From Chiloscyllium plagiosum (taxonomy: Eukaryota): a DNA stretch of 48,137 nucleotides. Every line of letters starts with the position of its first letter. The stretch's first letter is position 1. The notes beneath the pieces were generated by a model. It saw nothing but the letters and a program-made list of their open reading frames with translations, ran no database searches and was not told where the DNA came from. The stretch lies in assembly GCF_004010195.1 (NCBI RefSeq), contig NC_057757.1, forward strand, positions 6,520,682 through 6,568,818. The letters run 5' to 3'. This document shows, piece after piece, positions 24,078-35,600 of the stretch. The position numbers were made by a program, and so were the translations under genes.

Positions 24078-24925
24078 ATGGCACGGTGGTGCACTGGTTA
24101 GCACTGCTGCCTCACAGAGTCAGGGGCCTGGGTTCGAGTCAGGTGACTGTGTGGAGTTTGCACGTTCTCCCCGTGTCTGTGTGGGTTTCCTCCAACTGCA
24201 GCGGTTTCAATAGACAAAAGGTCCAGGAGTGGGCCATTCGGCCCTTTGGGCCAGCACCACCATTCATCATGATCATGGCTGATCATCCACAATCAGTATC
24301 CTGTTCCTGCCTTATCCCCATTACCCTTGGTTCCACTATCTGTAAGAGCTCTATCCATCTCTTTCTTGGAAGTATCCAGAGACTTGGCCTCCACTGCCTT
24401 CTGGGGCAGATTTCCTCCCACATTCTAAAGATGTGTAGGTTAGGGTGGATTGGTCAAGATAAATTACCCATAGTGTCCAGGGGTTGCAAGTTAGGGTGGA
24501 TTGACCATGCTAAATTATCCCATAGCGTCCAGGAATGTGCAGGTGAGGGTGGATAGGCCATGCTAAATTATCCATAGTGCCCAGGGATGTGCAGGTGAGG
24601 GTGGATTGGCCGTGCTAAATTATCCATAGTGCCCAGGGATGTGCAGGTGAGGGTGGATTGGCTGTGCTAAATTATCCATAGTGCCCAGGGATGTGCAGGT
24701 GAGGGTGGATTGGCCGTGCTAAATTAACACACGTTGCCCAGGGATGTGCAGGTTAGGGTAGATTGGCCGTGCTAAATTGCCCCACGGTACCCAGAAAAGC
24801 TCAATAGATTAGGCGTGGGGGAATGCAGGGTTACAGAGAGTAGAGTGGAAGGTTGGGTCTGGGTGAGATGCCTTTGAGGGCCAGTGTGGACCCACTGGGC
24901 CAAGGGTCCTGTTTCCACGATGCAG
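24078..24925 (+). mobile_element. HE1-type SINE with nested LINE tail (~24208-24410) and ~7 internal 51-52-bp repeats
   Basis: Head at 24078, interruption by a different LINE 3' end, then tandem gattggccgtgctaaattatccatagtgcccagggatgtgcaggtgagggtg. Confidence 0.88.
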
Positions 24926-26214
24926 GGAGCCTATTCTGTGATAGCTGCACTAGGAGACTCCGATCCCTCTGTATCTCACTCTGCAGTCTCTCACTGTTTC
25001 AGTAACATGCTCCTGCTTTATTCCAGCTGGCTAATTTCTCATCTTATGTTCCGTTTGCACCATCAACCGATCTGTATCGCTGCGTATGTTCTTCAACCCT
25101 TTAATCCAAACCGTAATGGATTTTCAGCCTCAGCACCGAGCCCTGTGACTCTCACACTGGGCTGCCAGCCTGAGGAGAGCCATTCGTTCCAGCTCTCTGC
25201 TGTCGTTAGCCAACCGATCCCCTCTCCATGCCAATAAGTTACCCCTTCACTGCATGCTGTCATTTTCTGCAATGATCTTTTGATGCAGCACCTTATCGAA
25301 CGCCTTCTGGCAATCTAAACGCAAGTGGTGAGGTCTCTTTTGGAGTCACTGTGTCCGGTTTTGGAGAGGGTTCAAGGAAGATTTTCCAGGGGGTTGCTGG
25401 GAACGGAGGGCTTGACTTGTAAGGAGAGGCTAGGACTTTCTTTTTCCACTGGAGCAGCGGAGGGTGATCTGAGCGGTTTGTAACATCGTGAGGGGCACAG
25501 AGAAGGTGGGGCATAGAGCCGAACACACCATGTCCAGGTGGGGGCCCATGCGCAAAGTGAGCACTGGCGCGGACCTGTTGGGCCGAATGGCCTCCCATCT
25601 CGACAGTGCCCGCTGTGTGGGAGCGTGGATTACCTCTTTCGGGTTCCATCGTCACGGAGAGGGCTGCTAGCGGATGCAGTGACATTCCCGTGAGCGTTCT
25701 GGGCCTCCGTGCCCATATTGGTCCCTGTGGCGCTTGGGCTCCTCTCCCCTCCGCTGACCGGTACACCTCTGACAGCCACCTCCGCGCTCCACACCGCTCA
25801 GCCCACCTGCCTTGTGCCAGCGTGGGTAGGCAGGAAAGGAGGCAACCACTTGCTGCAGAGCCAGCCGGTGACCTGATAGTGTTTGTGATTTCGACTGAGG
25901 GAGGGGACTGTTGACCCCAGGTCACGGCGGGGCTGAGGAAGCTCTTGAGCATGGGCATGGTGGGGTGGTGTCTGTCTTGGGGAGGTCTGCTGTGGGGGGG
26001 GGGGGGGTCTCAGTGAAAGCTCACACAGAGGGGCACTTCCCTCCGTATCGCGCTGGAGTGGTAGCCTGGATTTATACGTCCATGCCTTGGCATGGAACCT
26101 GACTGTGAGTGTGGGTGGGAGGCCGTTCAGCCCGTCGAACCCCGTGGCTGCCCTTTGGAAGAGCGGTCAAATCATTACCTTTATCCTGCTCCTATATCCC
26201 GAGTCCATCGCATC

Positions 26215-26820
26215 ACAGAGTCATAGAGCACAATGCTAGACCCTTCAGTCCAACTCATCCGTACTGACCAGATGTCGTCAATTATTCCAGTCCCATTTAG
26301 CAGCACTTGGCCCATAAGCCTCTAAACTCTTGTTATTCATGTACCCATCCAGATGCCTTTACCTGTAACCGTACCAGCCTCCACCACTTCCTCTGGCAAC
26401 TCCTTCTGTACACGTACCACCCTCAGTGTGAAAAAGTTACCCTTCAGGTCCCTTTTATATCTTTCCCCTCTCACCTTAAACCTATGCCCTCTAGTTTTGG
26501 ACCCCCCCCCTCCCCCACCCCGGGGAAAAGTCCTTGTCCATTTATCCTATCCATGCTCCTCATGATTTTAGAAATTTCTCTCGTGTCACCCTGTCGGGCG
26601 CTCCAGGGTAAACAGCCCCAGCCTGTTCAGCCTCTCCCTATAGCTCAAACCCTTTTCTGAACCCTTTCAAGTTTCACAACATCTTTCCGATAGGAAGGAG
26701 ACTGGAATTGCGTGCGGTATTCCAAAAGTGACCTAACCAATGTCCAACAACATGACCTCCGAACTCCTGTACTCAACACTCTGACCAGTGAAAGCAATCG
26801 CACCAAACGCTTTCTTCATT
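26215..26820 (-). mobile_element. HER1/CR1-type LINE 3' fragment
   Basis: Reverse complement of the family tail and ORF2 C-terminus. Confidence 0.88.
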
Positions 26821-27339
26821 GAGATTAAAACAAATCCTTTTATTCCCCTTTCCATCTTTAAGAATCTTTGAGAGCTTAAGAGTTTCTGGATGAAAGCTCT
26901 ATTCTCGCAATACGCTGCACGTTCTGAGTTTTGTTTTTAACAATCTCCCAGCATCTTTCTGGTTTTTTTCTGCCCCCCCCCCCCCACTGCTGATCCTAAC
27001 CGGATGCTCTCTAGTTACTGGCCAGTGGGAAATGTTTTCCTGGTTGCTTCTAATGAGCTAAAACGTCAGAATGCTTCCCCCTCACTAAACCTGACAATGT
27101 ACTCCATTGATTAGAAAGGTCAGGTTGAAAATGTGTAATCGGAAATGAGGAATGAGTGGCTCGTTTATCAGGTGGTCCGTGTGTGGGTGTGGACCGTCCT
27201 CACTCTGAACACCTTGAGCTATCTCCCTGTTTAACCGTACAAGTGCAGGGTTAGGTGCCCCAGTTGACTCTCCAGTGTTGAATATATTTAACACTGGGGT
27301 GTTCGGATTTATTTCATTTGGTCTCTTGGGGGATTCTTT

Positions 27340-27620
27340 GAATCCCTATAGCAAGGAAGCAGGCCATTCAGCCCTTCTGAAGAGCGTCCCACCCCGAACC
27401 CCTCCCCCCATCCGCCCGCTTGCCTCTCCTTGTAACCCTGCATTTCTCACCTGGCCTGCACACCCTTGGATACTATATAGTGCTTTAGCACCGGCCAATC
27501 CACCGTACCCTGCACATCTTTGTGACTATGGGAGGGAGCCCACACAGACAGTGGGATCGAACCCGGGTCCCGGGTGCTGTGAGACAGCACTGCTAACCAC
27601 TGAGCCATCGTGCTGCCCTA
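27340..27620 (-). mobile_element. HE1-type SINE
   Basis: Head and body motifs on the minus strand. Confidence 0.82.
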
Positions 27621-27973
27621 ATCGAGGGACAGGCAGGAAAGTGGAAATGTAACCCCAAGTATTGAAAGGCGGAACGAGCTCGATGGGCTGAATGGCTCAC
27701 CGCTGTCTCTCGTGAATCTTGTGTAAAATGCTGAGGTCAACTCCGATTTGTATGAGCTCAAGTTGCTTGCCAGCGTAGCCTCTGCTCCCATTGTACCCTG
27801 GGGAGGATCTCAGGGTGGGGCCAGTGCAGGAAGACGTCCCCCCACCCCGAATCCGTGCCTCCATTCCGTTAGATCATACCCATGAGCCATGTCGGCCGGG
27901 GCGAGTTGGACCACAGTCAGTTTCCGTGACTCTTCGCCCTGTAATTGTTGTACCTTTTTGCCCAATAATTGTC

Positions 27974-28178
27974 GTTGAAACTTTATTGCTGGAACAGCAC
28001 AGCAGGTCAGGCAGCATCCAGGGAACAGGAGATTCGACGTTTCGGGCACAGGCCCTTCTTCAGGCCTGTGCCCGAAACGTCGAGTCTCTTGTTCCCTGGA
28101 TGCTGCCTGACCTGCTGTGCTGTTCCAGCAATAAAGTTTCAACTTTGATCTCCAGCATCTGCAGACCTCACTTTCTCC
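27974..28178. mobile_element. Hairpin-family short element with 81-bp arms and 14-bp TSD
   Basis: Arms 27974-28054 and 28063-28143 (2 mismatches). gcccaataattgtc is duplicated at 27960-27973 and 28179-28192. Confidence 0.85.
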
Positions 28179-29074
28179 GCCCAATAATTGTCTCCTTCTG
28201 CACTAATTCCCCCTCCCCGCCAGCCCTGATCCCTGAACCGCGACGGTTTTTTACAGGGCTACGTAGGGACCTGTTCCAGATTCCCACTCCTCTTCTGTGA
28301 GGAATACCTTCCAACGTCACGTCTGAGCAGCCTGGCTCGAATCTGAGGTGCTGTGTAAATGCAGGGCCGTTCTTTTTGAAGGCTTGCCCTTGATTGTGCC
28401 CAAGCGGCTAAACCCGTTGAGCCAGCTCAGGCAGCCCTTGGTCCTGTCGCTTGCTGCCCGTGTGCCTGGTAATCTCCTTCAGCCTGTGCCTAAAGAAGAT
28501 AAGCTGTTGGCACCCATATCACTTGTGGAAAGTGTTCGCTGTTTTACCTTCAGTGTTAATTTCACCTGAAACCTGATGAGCTGGCTCAGTGCTGGGATCC
28601 TAGTTCACACCAGGCACCCCCCCTCGACACTGCTGTGCTTGTCCCAAGTGTCTATTGATCAGCCAGTCTTCACCGCACTTGCATTTGACTACCACCTGAT
28701 GAAGGAGCGTCGCATTAAACCTGTTGGACTATAACCGGGTGTTGTGTGATTTTTAACTTTCTACATCCCAGTCCAACACCAGCATCTCCAAATCATCTCT
28801 TGCATCTGTTTGTCTCGCTTCCTCCTGCTTTGCAACCTGATGATCTCTGTGCAGCCACTCTGTGAAGACTGACTGCTTTTGCATCCCAGTGCCTTCCACT
28901 CGCAACCCACCCTTCAACTGTCCAGGCTTTAGCTTTTGGAAAGTTTTCTTCAAAAATATTCGTTTGGGTGGGGGCAATGTTGCCTGTTGCGTCTCCCTAA
29001 TTACCGTCTGCACTGAGTAGCTTGCTGGGCCGTTTCAGAGGGCAGTTTCCTGCCTGCTTTCCACACTGTACAGA

Positions 29075-29422
29075 TTAGAGTCATAGAGATATACAGCAAG
29101 GAAACAGACCCTCTGGCCCAACCCGTCCATGCCGACCAGATATCCCAACCCAATCTAGTCCCTCCTGCCAGCACCCGGCCCATATCCCTCCAAACCCTTC
29201 CTATTCATATACCCATCCAAATGCCTCTTAAATGTTGCAATTGTACCAGCCTCCACCACTCCCTCTGGCAGCTCAGGGAAAACAGGCCCAGCCTGTTCAG
29301 CCTCTCCCTATAGCTCAAACCCTCCAACCCTGGCAACATCCTTGTAAATCTTTTCTGAACCCTTTCATGTTTCATAACATCTTTCTGATAGGAAGGAGAC
29401 CAGAATTGCACACAATATTCCA
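29075..29422 (-). mobile_element. HER1/CR1-type LINE 3' fragment, internally deleted
   Basis: tagagtcatagag tail and QFWSPSYQKDV...ERVQKRFTRMLPGLEGLSYRERLNRLGLFSL on the minus strand. Confidence 0.9.
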
Positions 29423-29570
29423 GCGTGCCTCTCGCCTCCCAGATTTTACTGGAAGAGACACCAGCTGCTCAGCCTCCTGAACTGGTTCTGTTCTGAGAGT
29501 CACAGCTAATACCTAACCCTGTATCAATAATAGGATCAGATAAATTGATCATTGGTCACATGTGGAAACA

Positions 29571-29724
29571 GCTGAAAATGTGTTGCTGGAAAAGCACAGC
29601 AGGTCAGGCAGCATCCAAGGAACAGGAGAATCGACATTTCGGGCATGAGCCCTTCTTCATTCCTCATGCCTGAAACGTCGATTCTCCTGCTCTGATCTCC
29701 AGCATCCGCAGCCCTCACTTTCTC
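29571..29724. mobile_element. Hairpin-family short element with 14-bp TSD
   Basis: Same family text. cac(a/g)tgtggaaaca is duplicated at 29557-29570 and 29725-29738. Confidence 0.8.
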
Positions 29725-30624
29725 CACGTGTGGAAACAAATTGGGTGTTTGTGTTCCCTGTGGTATTTCAGCTGTCATCCAGAACGTCATCCCATCGCTC
29801 CTTCTTCCCTCCCGGTTTAAGGTGTTGATCTAACGGACTGACGGAACCGGTTCAGGAGGCTGAGCGGCTGGTGTTTCTTCCAGTAAAGTCTGGGAGGCGC
29901 GAGGCTGGTTTTAGTGCCCCATCTCTGCCAGTGCAGTGCTGTTTCACATTGTGTTTGTGGGTCCGCAGTGGGACTTGCATCTTCATTGTATCAGCAGCCT
30001 GAGTGTAAGTCTCCAGAACATTGTTTTACAGGAAGGGTGCGACCAGACTTTATTTCAGGTTTGCAGTTTTAATTGAACTGTCCTCAGAAAACCTTCTGAG
30101 GGAGTGGGGTGTCTGTGTGTGTGTGTGTGTTTGTGTCTGTGAGTGCGCGCCATACTTTGACTGTAAGCCTGAGTTAAGCTTGCATTGAAATACGACAGGC
30201 AGTTCCTCTGGGCAGTCCGGGTTTGGATCAGCCTGACTGCTAGCGACCACACGATGGAGCACAGTGTCCTTACAAATACTCACTGTCTTCATCGAGCCTG
30301 TTGAAATGCAGCCCCGCTCTCCGAACTATCTTGTGTAGGCGACTTCATCAACAAGGTTAGAGAGGGTCCTGTGTTGTTCGTTTCAGGAACCCAAAGTCCG
30401 AATCAAACCCTCGCAGGGTAGGTGCAGAAAGTGAAGTCGATCTATCTGTACATCGAACAGGTTCAGCATGGGGTGAGATAAAGGGTAAAGCTCTCTCTCT
30501 CCATCATCCCCTCCTTGGGTCTCTCAGGATTGTATGATGGGAAGGGGGTTTTCGCGTTGAGCTGGTAGGCCATTGAATGGAGTCTCCATGACAGGGATGA
30601 GTGAAAGGAATTGGGGAAGGCCCT

Positions 30625-31578
30625 GTCATAGAGGTATACAGCACAGAAGCAGACCCTTCGGCCCAACCCGTCTATGCTGACCAGATATCCCAACCCAATC
30701 TAGTCCCACTTGCCATCACCCGGCCTTTATCCCTCCAAACCCTTCCTATTCATATACCCATCCAGATGCCTTTTAAATGTTGTCATTGTACCAGCCTCCA
30801 CCACTTCCTCTGGCAGCTCATTCCATACCCGTACCACCCTCTGCGTGAAAAAGTTGCCCCTTCGGTCCCTTTTATATCTTTCCCCCCTCACCCTCACCCT
30901 ACGCCCTCTAGTTCTGGACTCCTCCACCCCAGGGAAAAGACTTTGTCTATTTATCCTATCCATACCCCTCATGATTTTATAAACCTCTATAAGGCCACCC
31001 CTCNNNNNNNNNNNNNNNNNNNNNNNNNNNNNNNNNNNNNNNNNNNNNNNNNNNNNNNNNNNNNNNNNNNNNNNNNNNNNNNNNNNNNNNNNNNNNNNNN
31101 NNNNNNNNNNNNNNNNNNNNNNNNNNNNNNNNNNNNNNNNNNNNNNNNNNNNNNNNNNNNNNNNNNNNNNNNNNNNNNNNNNNNNNNNNNNNNNNNNNNN
31201 NNNNNNNNNNNNNNNGCAGGTAAAGGGATGGCTGGAAAATGGGAAGCCTTCAGAAATGAGATAACGAGAGTCCAGAGAAAGTATATTCCTGTCGGGGTGA
31301 AAGGGAAGGCTGGTAGGTATAGGGAATGCTGGATGACTAAAGAAGTTGCGGGTTTGGTTAAGAAAAAGAAGGAAGCATATGTCAGGTATAGACAGGATAG
31401 ATCGAGTGAATCCTTAGAAGAGTATAAAGGCAGTAGGAGTATACTTCAGAGGGAAATCAGGAGGGCAAAGAGGGGACATGAGATAGCTTTGGCTAATACA
31501 ATTAAGGAGAATCCAAAGGAGTTTTATGAATACATTAAGGAGAAGAGGGGAATTAGGGAGCGAATAGGGCCCCTCAGT
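30625..31578. mobile_element. HER1/CR1 LINE: minus 3' end and plus mid-ORF2 fragment across a gap
   Basis: 30625-31003 is a minus-strand 3' end. 31216-31578 encodes KWEAFRNEI...WMTKEV...REIRRAKRGHEIALA...KENPKEFYEYIK (linker between endonuclease and RT). Confidence 0.88.
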
Positions 31579-31769
31579 GAAGGCAGCTCCTCCGATTCCA
31601 CATGAATTAACTCTGGCTGGGGACAAAGGTCACCCTTGCCAGATTGAAGGTTTGACAATTTGGTAAATTCCTTTCCAAGATTGTTCTGGGGGCCACCGCT
31701 GCTGGCTCAGTGATGCAGATCAGGGTTGCTGTGTTTCTTCAGGCTGAATAGTACCCTCTGCCCCGTGTT

Positions 31770-32100
31770 CCATAGAATCCCCACCGTGTGGAAACTGGCC
31801 CTTCGGCCCAACAAGTCCATACCGACCCTCAGAAGAGTATCCTACCCAGACCCATTCCCCTACCCTATTGCTGTACATTAACCTACACATCTGTGAACAC
31901 TATGGGCAATTTAGCACGGCCAGTCCACCTGAATCTGCACATCTTTGGATCAGGGGAGGAAACCGGACCACCTGGAGGAAACCCACGCAGACATGGGGAG
32001 AATGTGCAACCACCACACACAGTCGCGTGGGGCTGGAATCGAACACTGGTCCCTGGTGACATGAGGCAGCAGTGCTAACCACTGAGCCACCGTGCCACCC
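31770..32100 (-). mobile_element. HE1-type SINE
   Basis: Head, body and tail on the minus strand. Confidence 0.9.
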
Positions 32101-32644
32101 CACAGGGCTGTCTGAGAGTCAAACTCATTCCGTTACACATTAGCCACCTGAGTATTCACTTCCCCTTGAAATCAACTCGGCATCTCTCTGTTATCTGCAC
32201 CTAATGCCTGTCTCTGCTATGAGCCCTCGATACTTGTGATGCCCCTTCAGGTCCACCTGACATGGGGTTCCTGAAACAAACAGCACAAGAGCTCAGTCTT
32301 TCAGAAGTCCGGTCACCACTTGGCATTTCGTGTACATTACATCTCTAGTTCCAAATGAGGTCTTTGTGATGCTCCCACGCCTGTTCTCTGACATTGCGAA
32401 CGTGGGCAGAATAAATCTCCTGGAATTGCAACACAAAGACCCCCACATCATTGGTGAACATTACATTAGTGTCTGCGACATTTGGAGAAATTCTGGAACA
32501 TTCTGATCTCATGCCTGACCCACATTCGCACTCGCGTTCCTGTCAGGAGGCAAACAGTTTTCTCGGTGGGAACTCTGACTGGTTCTAATCCCTCTGAGCT
32601 TTAATCGTACTAAAGCAGGCATTTCTGTCCTCTTAGTAACACTA

Positions 32645-35600
32645 ACTCTACTGTCAGGCAGCAAGTAACTCTTACCCTGCTGAATATACAGAGTGTACTG
32701 TCAGACAGCGAGTAACCCTGACCCTGCTAAATATACAGTGTACTGTCACACAGCGAGTAACCCTAACCCTGCTGAATATGCAGTGTACTGTCACACAGCG
32801 AGTAACACTTACCCTGCTGAATAAACACAGACTGTACTGTCAGACAGCGAGTAATCCATACCCTGCTGAATAAACACAGACTGTACTGTCACACAGCGAG
32901 TAACCCTTAGCCATCTGAATACACGCTGACTGTACTGTCACACAGCGAGTAACCCTGACCCTGCTGAATAAACACTGACTGTACTGTCAGACAGCGAGTA
33001 ACCTTTACCCTGCTGAATAAACACTGACTGTACTGTCTCACAGCGAGTAACCCTTACCCTGCTGAATACACACTGACTGTACTGTCTCACAGCGAGTAAC
33101 CCTTACCCTGCTGAATACACACGGACTGTACTGTCTCACAGCGAGTAACCCTTACCCTGCTGAATACACACTGACTGGTCACACAGCGAGTAACNNNNNN
33201 NNNNNNNNNNNNNNNNNNNNNNNNNNNNNNNNNNNNNNGAATACACACGGACTGTGCTGTCACACAGCGAGTAACCCTTACCCTGCTGAATAAACACTGA
33301 CTGTACTGTCTCACAGCGAGTAACCCTTACCCTGCTGAATACACACTGACTGTACTGTCTCACAGCGAGTAACCCTTACCCTGCTGAATACACACTGACT
33401 GTGCTGTCACACAGCGAGTAACCCTTACCCTGCTGAATACACACGGACTGTGCTGTCACACAGCGAGTAACCCTTACCCTGCAGAATAAACACTGACTGT
33501 ACTGTCTCACAGCGAGTAACCCTTACCCTGCTGAATACACACTGACTGTACTGTCTCACAGCGAGTAACCCTTACCCTGCTGAATACACACGGACTGTGC
33601 TGTCACACAGCGAGTAACCCTTACCCTGCAGAATAAACACTGACTGTACTGTCTCACAGCGAGTAACCCTTACCCTGCTGAATACACACTGACTGTACTG
33701 TCTCACAGCGAGTAACCCTTACCCTGCTGAATACACACGGACTGTACTGTCTCACAGCGAGTAATCCTTACCCTGCTGAATACACACTGACTGTACTGTC
33801 TCACAGCGAGTAACCCTTACCCTGCTGAATACACACGGACTGTGCTGTCACACAGCGAGTAACCCTTACCATGCTGAATAAACACTGACTGTACTGTCAG
33901 ACAGCGAGTAATCCATACCCTGCTGAATAAACACAGACTGTACTGTCACACAGCGAGTAACCCTTACCCTGCTGAATAAACACAGACTGTACTGTCATAC
34001 AGCGAGTTACCCTAACCCTGCTGAATATACACTAACTGTACTGTCACATAGCGAGTTACCCTTACCATGCTGAATAAACACTGACTGTACTGTCAGACAG
34101 CGAGTAATCCATACCCTGCTGAATATACACTGACTGCACTGTCAGACACTGATTAACCCTTACCCTGATGAATATACACTGACTGTACTGTCACACAGTG
34201 AGTAACCCTTACCCTGCTGAATATACACTGACTGTACTGTCAGACAGCAAGTAACCCTTACCTTGCTGAATATACACTGACTGTACTGTCACACAGTGAG
34301 TAACCCTTACCCTACTGAATATACACTGACTGTTCTGTCACACAGCGTGTAACCTTTACCCTGCTGAATAAACACAGACTGTACTGTCACACAGCGAGTA
34401 ACCCTTACCCTGCTGAATAAACACAGACTGTGCTGTCAGACAGCGAGTTACCCTTACCCTGCTGAATATACACTAACTGTACTGTCACATAGCGAGTTAC
34501 CCTTACCATGCTGAATAAACACTGACTGTACTGTCAGACAGCGAGTAATCCATACCCTGCTGAATATACACTGACTGCACTGTCAGACACCGATTAACCC
34601 TTACCCTGCTGAATATACACTGACTGTACTGTCACACAGCGAGTAACCCTTACCCTGCTGAATATACACTGACTGTACTGTCAGACAGCAAGTAACCCTT
34701 ACCTTGCTGAATATACACTGACATTACTGTCACACAGTGAGTAACCCTTACCCTACTGAATATACACTGACTGTTCTGTCACACAGCGAGTAACCCTTAC
34801 CCTGCCGAATATACACTGACTGCACTATTACACAGCGAGTAACCCTTACCCAGCGTAATACACACAGACTGTGCTGTCACACAGTGAGTAACCCTTACCC
34901 TGCTGAATATACACTGACTGTACTGTCACACAGCGTGTAACCCTTACCCTGCTGAATATACACTGACTGTACTGTCAGACAGCGAGTAACCCTTACCTTG
35001 CTGAATATACACTGACTGTACTGTCACAGAGCGAGTAACCCTTACCCTACTGAATAAACACTGACTGTGCTGTCAGACAGCGAGTAACCCTTACCCTGCT
35101 GAATAAACACTGACTGTACTGTCACACAGCGAGTTACCCTTACCCTGCTGAATATACACTGACTGTACTGTCACACAGCGAGTAACCCTTACCCTGCTGA
35201 ATAAACACTAACTGTACTGTTACACAGCGAGTAACCTTTACCCTGCTGAATATACACTGACTGTACTGTCTCACAGCGTGTAACCTTTAACCTGCTGAAT
35301 AAACACTGACTGTACTGTCAGACAGCGAATAACCCTTACCCTGCTGAATAAACACTGACTGTACTATTACACAGCGAGTAACCCTTACCCTGCTGATTAT
35401 GCACTGACTGTACTATTACACAGAGAGTAACCCTTACCCTGCCGAATACACGCTGACTGTACTGTCACACAGCGAGTAACCCTTTCGCTACTGAATATAC
35501 ACAGACTGTACTGTCACACAGCGAGTAACCCTTATCCTGCTGAATAAACACTGACTGTAATGTCACACAGCGAGTAACCTTTAACCTGCTGAATAAACAC

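Noticed and set aside
27272..27297. 26-bp near-palindrome ccagtgttgaatatatttaacactgg
   Set aside because: Short, AT-centred and isolated, with no supporting context.
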